From NCBI GenBank assembly GCA_009914755.4, contig CP086569.2:29920001-29984000 (forward strand): a DNA stretch of 64,000 nucleotides, read 5' to 3'. The notes beneath the pieces are model-generated. The model saw only the letters and a program-made list of their open reading frames with translations, was not told where the DNA came from and made no database searches. Source of the stretch: the human T2T-CHM13v2.0 reference genome, Homo sapiens. The first letter of the stretch is position 1; every line of letters begins with the position of its first letter. Position numbers and translations under genes: made by a program. Positions 1 through 13,267 of this stretch are shown in pieces.

Positions 1-3000
1 GAATGGAATGGAATGCAATGGAATCTAATGAAACGGAAAGGAAAGGAATGGAATGGAATGGAATGGGCTGGAATGGAAAGGAATCGAAACGAATGGAATG
101 GAATCGAACTGAAGAGACTGGAATGGAATGCACTGGAATGGAAGGGAGTGTAATGGAAGGTTCTCGAAAAAAATGGAATCGAATGGAATGGAATTGAATG
201 GAACGGAATAGAGTCGAATGGAATTGAATGGAATGGAATGGACTAGAGTGAAATGGAATCGAACCACAAGGAATGGACAGGAATAGAATGGTCTCGAATT
301 GAATGGAATCGTATGGAATGGCATCAAACGGAATGGAATGGACAGCCACGGAATGGAATGCACTCGAATGCAATGGAGTCGAAACTAACGGACTGGAATA
401 GAATGGACTCGACTGGTACGGACTCCAATGGAATGGAATCGAATGGAAGGGAATCGAACGGAAGGGAATCGAACGGAATGGACTCGAAGGGAAAAGACTG
501 CAATGGAAAGGTCTCGAATGGAATGGAAATTAATGGAATGGAATGGAGTCGAATGAAATGGAGTCAAAAGGAATGGAATCGAATGGCAAGAAATCGAATG
601 TAATGGAATCGCAAGGAATTGATGTGAACGGAACGGAATGGAATGGAATCCAAAGGAATGGAATAGAATGGAATGGAATCGAATGGAAAGGACTCGAATG
701 GAAATCACTCGAATAGAATGCAATTTAATAAAATAGGATCAAATGTAATGGAATGGAATGGAAAGGAATCGAAACGAAAGGAATGGAGACAGATGGAATG
801 GAATGGAACAGAGAGCAATGGTATAGAATGGAATGGAATCATCTGGAATGGAATTGAATGGAATGGAATAATATGAAATGGAATGGAATGGAATGGAATG
901 GAATGCCCTTGAATTAAATGGACTGGAATGGAATGGACTCAAACAGAGTGGAATGGAAAGTGTGGAGATAGAATGGAATGAACTCCTTTGGAATGGTCTA
1001 GTAGGCAATGCAATCGACTGGCAGGGAATCAAAAGGAATGTAATCGAATGGATTGGACTGGAATGCAATGGACTCCAATAGATTGGAAACGGAATGCAAA
1101 GAATGGAATGGAATAGTATGGAATGGAATGGAAAGGAATGGAGTGGAACAGACTAGAGTGGAATGGAATGGACTGGAAAGCAATGGACTGGAATGGAACT
1201 TTCTTGAATGGACTGGAATCAAACGGAATGGAATGCAATGCAATCAAATGGCATGGAATAAAATAGAATGAAAGAGAATCAAATGGAATTGAATCGAATG
1301 GAATCGAATGGATTGGAAAGGAATAGAATGGAATGGAATGGAATTGACTCAAATGGAATGGACTAGAATGGAATGGATTCGAATGGAAGGCAAAGGAATG
1401 GAATCTATTGGAATGGACTGTAATGGAATGGAATGGAAGGAATTGGAATGGACTCGAATGGAATGGACTGCAATAGAAAGGATTCGAATGGAATGAAAAA
1501 GAATTGAATGGAATAGAACAGAATGGAATCAAATCGAATGAAATGGAATGGAATAGAAAGGAATGGAATGAAATGGAATGGAAAGGATTCGAATGGAATG
1601 CAATCGAATGGAATGGAATCGAACGGAATGGAATAAAATGGAAGAAAACTGGCAAGAAATGGAATCGAAATGAATGGAGTGTTATGGAACGGACTCAAAA
1701 GGAATTGAATGTAATAGAATGGAGTGGAGTGGACTCGAATATAATGGACTGGAATGGAATGAAATCACATGGAATGGGAACGAATGGAATGGAATGGAAA
1801 GGAATGGAATCGAATGGAAAGGAATCGAATGGAAGGGAATGAAATTGAATCAACAGGAATGGAAGGGAATAGAATAGACGGTAATGGAATGGACTCGAAT
1901 AGAATGGACACGAATGCTCAAATTAAATGGACTCGAATGGAATGGAAACGAAAGGAATGTCATCGAATGGAATTGAATCGATTGGAATGAAATCGCATAG
2001 AATGGAGTGGAATCAAATGGAATTGAATCGAAAGGAAAGGAAGCGAATGGACTGAAATGAAATGGAATGGAATTGAATGGAAAGTAATGCAATGGAATAG
2101 AATGGAACGAAATTTCACGGAATGGAATCAAACTGAATGGAATCAAATCAATGGAATCAAATCAAATGGAATGGAAAGGAATTGAATGGAGTAGATGGGA
2201 TTGGATGGGATTGGAATGAAATGTACTGGAAAGGACTCGAATTTCATGAAACGGAATGGAATGAATTGGAACGGAATGGACTCGAATGGAATGGAATGTC
2301 ATGGGATGGCATCAAATGGAATGGCATCAAATGGAATGGAATCGAATGCAATGGAATGCTATGGAATGGAATGGAATGCATTGGAATGGAATGTCCTCTA
2401 ATGGAATGGATTCGAGTGGAATGGAATTGAATATAATGGAGTCGAATGAAATGGAATTGAAAGGAATGGGATCGAATACAATGGAATATACTGGAATGTA
2501 ACGTAATGAACTCGAATGTAATTGACTGGAATGGAATGTACATGAATGGAATGTAATCGAATGGAAAGTAATCCAATGGAATAGAATCTAATGCAATAAA
2601 ATCGACTCAGATAGAGTAGAATGTAATGGAATGGAGTGCAGTGCAAAGGAATGGAATGGAATGGAATGCAATGGAATGGAATGGAATGGAATGGGATGGA
2701 ATGGCATGGAATGGATAGTAATGGACTGGAGTGAAATGGACTGGAAAGGAATGGACTCAAATTGAAAGGGCTCGAAAGGAATGGAGTCAAATGGAATGGT
2801 CTGGAATGGAATGAACACGAATGTAATGCAACCAAATAGAATGGAATCGAATGGCATGGAATATAAAGAAATGGAATCGAAGAGAATGGAAACAAATGGA
2901 ATGGAATTGAATGGAATGGGAACGAATGGAGTGAAATTGTATGCAGTAGAAGAGAATAGAATGGAATGCAAGCGAAAGGAAAGGAATGGATTGGAATGGA

Positions 3001-3043
3001 ATGGAATTCATTGGAATGGAAGGGAATGTAGTGTAATGGACAG
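1..3043 (+). repeat. HOR unit U0, partial and truncated by the window start. Carries the Q-type marker (aatcaaatcaatggaatcaaatcaaatgg at ~2130–2170) and the 15-bp tandem duplication gaagggaatcgaacg x2 at ~441–470.
   Basis: Bounded on its 3' side by the first copy of the landmark at 3044. Its internal sequence is colinear with the later units. Confidence 0.85.
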
Positions 3044-6000
3044 GCCTGGAATAAAGTGGAATGCTACGGTCTCGAATGGAATAAAAATGTATGGAATGGA
3101 ATGCAATGAAACGGAATCGAATGTCATAGAATGTAATGGAATGCAAAAAAATGGAATCCAAAATCATTGACTAGAAAGGCTGGGTGTCGAAAGGAATTGA
3201 CTCCAATGGAATGGAATCGAATGGAATGGAAGTGAATAGAATCGAACTAAATCGAATGGAATGGAATTGATAGGAACGGAATGGAAAGGAATGCAATGAT
3301 TTGGCATGGAATGGAATCGAATGGCATCGAATGGAATGGAATGGAATGCAATGGAATGGAATGTATTAGAATGTAATGAACTTTAATGGAATGTACTCGA
3401 ATGGATTCGACTGGAATGGAATGTTCTGGAAGTGAATGGACTCCAATGGAATGGATTCAAAAGGAATGGAATCGTACGGAATGGAATCTAATGGAATGGA
3501 ATTAAATGGAAATGAATCAAATTGAATAGCACGGAATTGAATTGAATGGAATCGAATGCAATGGAATCTAATGAAACGGAAAGGAAAGGAATGGAATGGA
3601 ATGGGCTGGAATGGAAAGGAATCGAAACGAATGGAATGGAATCGAACTGAAGAGACTGGAATGGAATGCACTGGAATGGAAGGGAGTGTAATGGAAGGTT
3701 CTCGAAAAAAATGGAATCGAATGGAATGGAATTGAATGGAACGGAATAGAGTCGAATGGAATTGAATGGAATGGAATGGACTAGAGTGAAATGGAATCGA
3801 ACCACAAGGAATGGACAGGAATAGAATGGTCTCGAATTGAATGGAATCGTATGGAATGGCATCAAACGGAATGGAATGGACAGCCACGGAATGGAATGCA
3901 CTCGAATGCAATGGAGTCGAAACTAATGGACTGGAATAGAATGGACTCGACTGGTACGGACTCCAATGGAATGGAATCGAATGGAAGGGAATCGAACGGA
4001 AGGGAATCGAACGGAATGGACTCGAAGGGAAAAGACTGCAATGGAAAGGTCTCGAATGGAATGGAAATTAATGGAATGGAATGGAATCGAATGAAATGGA
4101 GTCAAAAGGAATGGAATCGAATGGCAAGAAATCGAATGTAATGGAATCGCAAGGAATTGATGTGAACGGAACGGAATGGAATGGAATCCAAAGGAATGGA
4201 ATAGAATGGAATGGAATCGAATGGAAAGGACTCGAATGGAAATCACTCGAATAGAATGCAATTTAATAAAATAGGATCAAATGTAATGGAATGGAATGGA
4301 AAGGAATCGAAACGAAAGGAATGGAGACAGATGGAATGGAATGGAACAGAGAGCAATGGTATAGAATGGAATGGAATCATCTGGAATGGAATTGAATGGA
4401 ATGGAATTATATGAAATGGAATGGAATGGAATGGAATGGAATGCCCTTGAATTAAATGGACTGGAATGGAATGGACTCAAACAGAGTGGAATGGAAAGTG
4501 TGGAGATAGAATGGAATGAACTCCTTTGGAATGGTCTAGTAGGCAATGCAATCGACTGGCAGGGAATCAAAAGGAATGTAATCGAATGGATTGGACTGGA
4601 ATGCAATGGACTCCAATAGATTGGAAACGGAATGCAAAGAATGGAATGGAATAGTATGGAATGGAATGGAAAGGAATGGAGTGGAACAGACTAGAGTGGA
4701 ATGGAATGGACTGGAAAGCAATGGACTGGAATGGAACTTTCTTGAATGGACTGGAATCAAACGGAATGGAATGCAATGCAATCAAATGGCATGGAATAAA
4801 ATAGAATGAAAGAGAATCAAATGGAATTGAATCGAATGGAATTGAATGGATTGGAAAGGAATAGAATGGAATGGAATGGAATTGACTCAAATGGAATGGA
4901 GTAGAATGGAATGGATTCGAATGGAAGGCAAAGGAATGGAATCTATTGGAATGGACTGTAATGGAATGGAATGGAAGGGATTGGAATGGAGTCGAATGGA
5001 ATGGACTGCAATAGAAAGGATTCGAATGGAATGAAAAAGAATTGAATGGAATAGAACAGAATGGAATCAAATCGAATGAAATGGAATGGAATAGAAAGGA
5101 ATGGAATGAAATGGAATGGAAAGGATTCGAATGGAATGCAATCGAATGGAATGGAATCGAACGGAATGGAATAAAATGGAAGAAAACTGGCAAGAAATGG
5201 AATCGAAATGAATGGAGTGTTATGGAACGGACTCAAAAGGAATGGAATGTAATAGAATGGAGTGGAGTGGACTCGAATATAATGGACTGGAATGGAATGA
5301 AATCACATGGAATGGGAACGAATGGAAAGGAATGGAAAGGAATGGAATCGAATGGAAAGGAATCGAATGGAAGGGAATGAAATTGAATCAACAGGAATGG
5401 AAGGGAATAGAATAGACGGTAATGGAATGGACTCGAATAGAATGGACACGAATGCTCAAATTAAATGGACTCTAATAGAATGGAAACGAAAGGAATGTCA
5501 TCGAATGGAATTGAATCGATTGGAATGAAATCGCATAGAATGGAGTGGAATCAAATGGAATTGAATCGAAAGGAAAGGAAGCGAATGGACTGAAATGAAA
5601 TGGAATGGAATTGAATGGAAAGTAATGCAATGGAAGAGAAAGGAAGGAAATTTCACGGAATGGAATCAAACTGAATGGAATCAAATCAATGGAATCAAAT
5701 CAAATGGAATGGAAAGGAATTGAATGGAGTAGATGGGATTGGATGGGATTGGAATGAAATGTACTGGAAAGGACTCGAATTTCATGAAACGGAATGGAAT
5801 GAATTGGAAAGGAATGGACTCGAATGGAATGGAATGTCATGGGATGGCATCAAATGGAAAGGCATCAAATGGAATGGAAACGAATGCAATGGAATGCTAT
5901 GGAATGGAATGGAATGCATTGGAATGGAATGTCCTCTAATGGAATGGATTCGAGTGGAATGGAATTGAATATAATGGAGTCGAATGAAATGGAATTGAAA

Positions 6001-6616
6001 GGAATGGGATCGAATACAATGGAATATACTGGAATGTAACGTAATGAACTCGAATGTAATTGACTGGAATGGAATGTACATGAATGGAATGTAATCGAAT
6101 GGAAAGTAATCCAATGGAATAGAATCTAATGCAATAAAATCGACTCAGATAGAGTAGAATGTAATGGAATGGAGTGCAGTGCAATGGAATGGAATGGAGT
6201 GGAATGCAATGGAATGGAATGGAATGGAATGGAATGGAATGGAATGGAATGGGATGGAATGGTATGGAATGGATAGTAATGGACTGGAGTGAAATGGACT
6301 GGAAAGGAATGGACTCAAATTGAAAGTTCTCGAAAGGAATGGAGTCAAATGGAATGGTCTGGAATGGAATGAACACGAATGTAATGCAACCAAATAGAAT
6401 GGAATCGAATGGCATGGAATATAAAGAAATGGAATCGAAGAGAATGGAAACAAATGGAATGGAATTGAATGGAATGGAATTGAATGGAATTGGAACGAAT
6501 GGAGTGAAATTGTATGCAGTAGAAGAGAATAGAATGGAATGCAAGCGAAAGGAAAGGAATGGATTGGAATGGAATGAAATTCATTGGAATGGAAGGGAAT
6601 GTAGTGTAATGGACAG
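3044..6616 (+). repeat. HOR unit U1, 3573 bp, Q-type. Carries the 15-bp duplication at ~3981–4010 and a long pure (GGAAT)n tract at ~6211–6253.
   Basis: Landmark-to-landmark distance 3044→6617. ORFs 3791..4141 and 3366..3911 are identical to the U0 ORFs 253..603 and 25..363. Confidence 0.9.
3160..3210 (+). other. The most diverged, non-pentameric island inside the HOR (aaaatcattgactRgaaaggctgggtgtcgaaaggaattgactccaatgg). It is conserved at the same offset in every unit.
   Basis: Seen in sequence at 3160, ~6729, ~10267, ~13381, ~16969 and ~20527, and at the homologous offset in later units (e.g. ~63870). The string ctgggtgtcg occurs nowhere else in the unit. Confidence 0.6.
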
Positions 6617-9600
6617 GCCTGGAATAAAGTGGAATGCTACGGTCTCGAATGGAATAAAAATGTATGGAATGGAATGCAATGAAACGGAATCGAATGTCAT
6701 AGAATGTAATGGAATGCAAAAAAATGGAATCCAAAATCATTGACTGGAAAGGCTGGGTGTCGAAAGGAATTGACTCCAATGGAATGGAATCGAATGGAAT
6801 GGAAGTGAATAGAATCGAACTAAATCGAATGGAATGGAATTGATAGGAACGGAATGGAAAGGAATGCAATGATTTGGCATGGAATGGAATCGAATGGCAT
6901 CTAATGGAATGGAATGGAATGCAATGGAATGCAATGTATTAGAATGTAATGAACTTTAATGGAATGTACTCGAATGGATTCGACTGGAATGGAATGTTCT
7001 GGAAGTGAATGGACTCCAATGGAATGGATTCAAAAGGAATGGAATCGTACGGAATGGAATCTAATGGAATGGAATTAAATGGAAATGAATCAAATGGAAT
7101 AGCACGGAATTGAATTGAATAGAATGGAATGCAATGGAATCTAATGAAACGGAAAGGAAAGGAATGGAATGGAATGGAATGGGCTGGAATGGAAAGGAAT
7201 CGAAACGAATGGAATGGAATCGAACTGAAGAGACTGGAATGGAATGCACTGGAATGGAAGGGATTGTAATGGAAGGTTCTCGAAAAAAATGGAATCGAAT
7301 GGAATGGAATTGAATGGAACGGAATAGAGTCGAATGGAATTGAATGGAATGGAATGGACTAGAGTGAAATGGAATCGAACCACAAGGAATGGACAGGAAT
7401 AGAATGGTCTCGAATTGAATGGAATCGTATGGAATGGCATCAAACGGAATGGAATGGACAGCCACGGAATGGAATGCACTCGAATGCAACGGAGTCGAAA
7501 CTAACGGACTGGAATAGAATGGACTCGACTGGTACGGACTCCGATGGAATGGAATCGAATGGAAGGGAATCGAACGGAAGGGAACCGAACGGAATGGACT
7601 AGAAGGGAAAAGACTGCAATGGAAAGGTCTCGAATGGAATGGAAATTAATGGAATGGAATGGAATCGAATGAAATGGAGACAAAAGGAATGGAATCGAAT
7701 AGCAAGAAATTGAATGTAATGGAATCGCAAGGAATTGATGTGAACGGAACGGAATGGAATGGAATCCAAAGGAATGGAATAGAATGGAATGGAATCGAAT
7801 GGAAAGGACTCGAATGGAAATCACTCGAATAGAATGCAATTTAATAAAATAGGATCAAATGTAATAGAATGGAATGGAAAGGAATCGAAACGGAAGGAAT
7901 GGAGACAGATGGAATGGAATGGAACAGAGAGCAATGGTATAGAATGGAATGGAATCATCTGGAATGGAATTGAATGGAATGGAATAATATGAAATGGAAT
8001 GGAATGGAATGGAATGGAATGCCCTTGAATTAAATGGACTGGACTCGAACAGAGTGGAATGGAAAGCGTTGAGATAGAATGGAATGGACTCCTTTGGAAT
8101 GGTCTAGTATGCAATGCAATCGACTGGCAGGGAATCAAAAGGAATGTAATCGAATGGATTGGACTGGAATGCAATGGACTCGAATAGATTGGAAACGGAA
8201 TGCAAAGGAATGGAATGGAATAGTATGGAATGCAATGGAAGGGAATGGAGTGGAATAGACTAGAGTGGAATGGAATGGACTGGAAAGCAATGGACAGGAA
8301 TGGAACTTTCTTGGATGGACTGGAATCAAACGGAATGGAATGCAATGCAATCAAATGGCATGGAATAAAATAGAATGAAAGAGAATCAAATGGAATTGAA
8401 TCGAATGGAATCGAATGGATTGGAAAGGAATAGAATGGAATGGAATGGAATTGACTCAAATGGAATGGACTAGAATGGAATGGATTCGAATGGAAGGCAA
8501 AGAATGGAATCTATTGGAATGGACTGTAATGGAATGGAATGGAAGGGATTGAAATGGACTGGAATGGAATGGACTGCAATAGAAAGGATTCGAATGGAAT
8601 GAAAAAGAATTGAATGGAATAGAACAGAATGGAATGAAATCGAATGAAATGGAATGGAATAGAAAGGAATGGAATGAAATGGAATGGAAAGGATTCGAAT
8701 GGAATGCAATCGAATGGAATGGAATCGAACGGAATGGAATAAAATGGAAGAAAACTGGCAAGAAATGGAATCGAAATGAATGGAGTGTTATGGAACGGAC
8801 TCAAAAGGAATTGAATGTAATAGAATGGAGTGGAGTGGACTCGAATATAATGGACTGGAATGGAATGAAATCACATGGAATGGGAACGAATGGAATGGAA
8901 TGGAAAGGAATGGAATCGAATGGAAAGGAATCGAATGGAAGGGAATGAAACTGAATCAACAGGAATGGAAGGGAATAGAATAGACGGTGATGGAATGGAC
9001 TCGAATAGAATGGACACGAATGCTCAAATTGAATGGACTCGAATGGAATGGAAACGAAAGGAATGTCATCGAATGGAATTGAATCGATTGGAATGAAATC
9101 GCATAGAATGGAGTGGAATCAAATGGAATTGAATCGAAAGGAAAGGAAGCGAATGGACTGAAATGAAATGGAATGGAATTGAATGGAAAGTAATGCAATG
9201 GAATAGAATGGAACGAAATTTCACGGAATGGAATCAAACTGAATGGAATCAAATCAATGGAATCAAATCAAATGGAATGGAAAGGAATTGAATGGAGTAG
9301 ATGGGATTGGATGGGATTGGAATGAAATGTACTGGAAAGGACTCGAATTTCATGAAACGGAATGGAATGAATTGGAACGGAATGGACTCGAATGGAATGG
9401 AATGTCATGGAATGGCATCAAATGGAATGGCATCAAATGGAATGGAATCGAATGCAATGGAATGCTATGGAATGGAATGGAATGCATTGGAATGGAATGT
9501 CCTCTAATGGAATGGATTCGAGTGGAATGGAATAGAATATAATGGAGTCGAATGAAATGGAATTGAAAGGAATGGGATCGAATATAATGGAATATACTGG

Positions 9601-10153
9601 AATGTAACGTAATGAACTCGAATGTAATTGACTGGAATGGAATGTACATGAATGGAATGTAATCGAATGGAAAGTAATCCAATGGAATAGAATCTAATGC
9701 AATAAAATCGACTCAGATAGAGTAGAATGTAATGGAATGGAGTGCAGTGCAATGGAATGGAATGGAATGGAATGCAATGGAATGGAATGGGATGGAATGG
9801 AATGGAATGGATAGTAATGGACTGGAGTGAAATGGACTGGAAAGGAATGGACTCAACTTGAAAGGGCTCGAAAGGAATGGAGACAAATGGAATGGTCTGG
9901 AATGGAATGAACACGAATGTAATGCAATCCAATAGAATGGAGTCGAATGGCATGGAATATAAAGAAATGGAATCGAAGAGAATGGAAACAAATGGAATGG
10001 AATTGAATGGAATGGAATTGAATGGAATGGGAACGAATGGAGTGAAATTGTATGCAGTAGAAGAGAATAGAATGGAATGCAAGCGAAAGGAAAGGAATGG
10101 ATTGGAATGGAATGGAATTCATTGGAATGGAAGGGAATGTAGTGTAATGGACA
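6617..10153 (+). repeat. HOR unit U2, 3537 bp, Q-type. Carries the 15-bp duplication at ~7561–7590.
   Basis: Landmark distance 6617→10154. Confidence 0.9.
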
Positions 10154-13100
10154 GGCCTGGAATAAAGTGGAATGCTACGGTCTCGAATGGAATAAAAATG
10201 TATGGAATGGAATGCAATGAAACGGAATCGAATGTCATAGAATGTAATGGAATGCAAAAAAATGGAATCCAAAATCATTGACTGGAAAGGCTGGGTGTCG
10301 AAAGGAATTGACTCCAATGGAATGGAATCGAATGGAATGGAAGTGAATAGAATCGAACTAAATCGAATGGAATGGAATTGATAGGAACGGAATGGAAAGG
10401 AATGCAATGATTTGGCATGGAATGGAATCGAATGGCATCGAATGGAATGGAATGGAATGCAATGGAATGGAATGTATTAGAATGTAATGAACTTTAATGG
10501 AATGTACTCGAATGGATTCGACTGGAATGGAATGTTCTGGAAGTGAATGGACTCCAATGGAATGGATTCAAAAGGAATGGAATCGTACGGAATGGAATCT
10601 AATGGAATGGAATTAAATGGAAATGAATCAAATTGAATAGCACGGAATTGAATTGAATGGAATGGAATGCAATGGAATCTAATGAAACGGAAAGGAAAGG
10701 AATGGAATGGAATAGAATGGGCTGGAATGGAAAGGAATCGAAACGAATGGAATGGAATCGAACTGAAGAGACTGGAATGGAATGCACTGGAATGGAAGGG
10801 AGTGTAATGGAAGGTTCTCGAAAAAAATGGAATCGAATGGAATGGAATTGAATGGAACGGAATAGAGTCGAATGGAATTGAATTGAATGGAATGGACTAG
10901 AGTGAAATGGAATCGAACCACATGGAATGGACAGGAATAGAATGGTCTCGAATTGAATGGAATCGTATGGAATGGCATCAAACGGAATGGAATGGACAGC
11001 CACGGAATGGAATGCACTCGAATGCAATGGAGTCGAAACTAATGGACTGGAATAGAATGGACTCGACTGGTACGGACTCCAATGGAATGGAATCGAATGG
11101 AAGGGAATCGAACGGAATGGACTCGAAGAGAAAAGACTGCAATGGAAAGGTTTCGAATGGAATGGAAATTAATGGAATGGAATGGAATCGAATGAAATGG
11201 AGTCAAAAGGAATGGAATCGAATGGCGAGAAATCGAATGTAATGGAATCGCAAGGAATTGATGTGAACGGAACGGAATGGAATGGAATCCAAAGGAATGG
11301 AATAGAATGGAATGGAATCGAATGGAAAGGACTCGAATGGAAATCACTCGAATAGAATGCAATTTAATAAAATAGGATCAAATGTAATGGAATGGAATGG
11401 AAAGGAATCGAAACGAAAGGAATGGAGACAGATGGAATGGAATGGAACAGAGAGCAATGGTATAGAATGGAATGGAATCATCTGGAATGGAATTGAATGG
11501 AATGGAATAATATGAAATGGAATGGAATGGAATGGAATGGAATGCCCTTGAATTAAATGGACTGGACTCGAACAGAGTGGAATGGAAAGTGTTGAGATAG
11601 AATGGAATGGACTCCTTTGGAATGGTCTAGTATGCAATGCAATCGACTGGCAGGGAATCAAAAGGAATGTAATGGAATGGATTGGACTGGAATGCAATGG
11701 ACTCGAATAGATTGGAAACGGAATGCAAAGGAATGGAATGGAATAGTATGGAATGGAAAGAAATGGAATGGAAAGGATTCGAATGGAATGCAATCGAATG
11801 GAATGGAATCGAACGGAATGGAATAAAATGGAAGAAAACTGGCAAGAAATGGAATCGAAATGAATGGAGTGTTATGGAAGGGACTCAAAAGGAATTGAAT
11901 GTAATAGAATGGAGTGGAGTGGACTCGAATATAATGGACTGGAATGGAATGAAATCACATGGAATGGGAACGAATGGAATGGAATGGAAAGGAATGGAAT
12001 CGAATGGAAAGGAATCGAATGGAAGGGAATGAAATTGAATCAACAGGAATGGAAGGGAATAGAATAGACTGTAATGGAATGGACTCGAATAGAATGGACA
12101 CGAATGCTCAAATTAAATGGACTCGAATGGAATGGAAACGAAAGGAATGTCATCGAATGGAATTGAATCGATTGGAATGAAATCGCATAGAATGGAGTGG
12201 AATCAAATGGAATTGAATCGAAAGGAAAGGAAGCGAATGGACTGAAATGAAATGGAATGGAATTGAATGGAAAGTAATGCAATGGAATAGAATGGAACGA
12301 AATTTCACGGAATGGAATCAAACTGAATGGAATCAAATCAATGGAATCAAATCAAATGGAATGGAAAGGAATTGAATGGAGTAGATTGGATTGGATGGGA
12401 TTGCAATGAAATGTACTGGAAAGGACTCGAATTTCATGAAACGGAATGGAATGAATTGGAACGGAATGGACTCGAATGGAATGGAATGTCATGGAATGGC
12501 ATCAAATGGAATGGCATCAAATGGAATGGAATCAAATGCAATGGAATGCTATGGAATGGAATGGAATGCATTGGAATGGAATGTCCTCTAATGGAATGGA
12601 TTCGAGTGTAATGGAATTGAATATAATGGAGTCGAATGAAATGGAATTGAAAGGAATGGGATCGAATACAATGGAATATACTGGAATGTAACGTAATGAA
12701 ATCGAATGTAATTGACTGGAATGGAATGTACATGAATGGAATGTAATCGAATGGAAAGTAATCCAATGGAAGAGAATCTAATGCAATAAAATCGACTCAG
12801 ATAGAGTAGAATGTAATGGAATGGAGTGCAGTGCAATGGAATGGAATGGAATGGAATGCAATGGAATGGAATGGAATGGAATGGAATGGAATGGAATGGA
12901 ATGGGATGGAATTGTATGGAATGGATAGTAATGGACTGGAGTGAAATGGACTGGAAAGGAATGGACTCAAATTGAAAGGGCTCGAAAGGAATGGAGTCAA
13001 ATGGAATGGTCTGGAATGGAATGAACACGAATGTAAAGCAATCCAATAGAATGGAATCGAATGGCATGGAATATAAAGAAATGGAATCGAAGAGAATGGA

Positions 13101-13267
13101 AACAAATAGAATGGAATTGAATGGAATGGAATTGAATGGAATGGGAACGAATGGAGTGAAATTGTATGCAGTAGGAGAGAATAGAATGGAATGCAAGGGA
13201 AAGGAAAGGAATGGATTGGAATGGAATGGAATTCATTGGAATGGAAGGGAATGTAGTGTAATGGACA
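10154..13267 (+). repeat. HOR unit U3, 3114 bp, Q-type. It is shortened by a ~430-bp internal deletion whose junction lies near 11750–11765.
   Basis: Landmark distance 10154→13268 is about 430 bp shorter than in neighbouring units. The sequence ...gaatagtatggaatggaaag|aaatggaatggaaaggattcgaatggaatgcaatcg joins segments that are ~430 bp apart in U2 (~8231 and ~8676). The fusion ORF 11682..12032 combines the two ORF types that appear at 1053.. and 1504.. in U0. Confidence 0.85.

Noticed and set aside
160-180. Short A-runs (ttctcgaaaaaaatgg; aatgcaaaaaaatgg at ~3141) as possible poly(A) signals or insertion tails.
   Set aside because: They recur at fixed HOR positions in every unit as part of the repeat consensus, and they are not adjacent to any non-satellite sequence.
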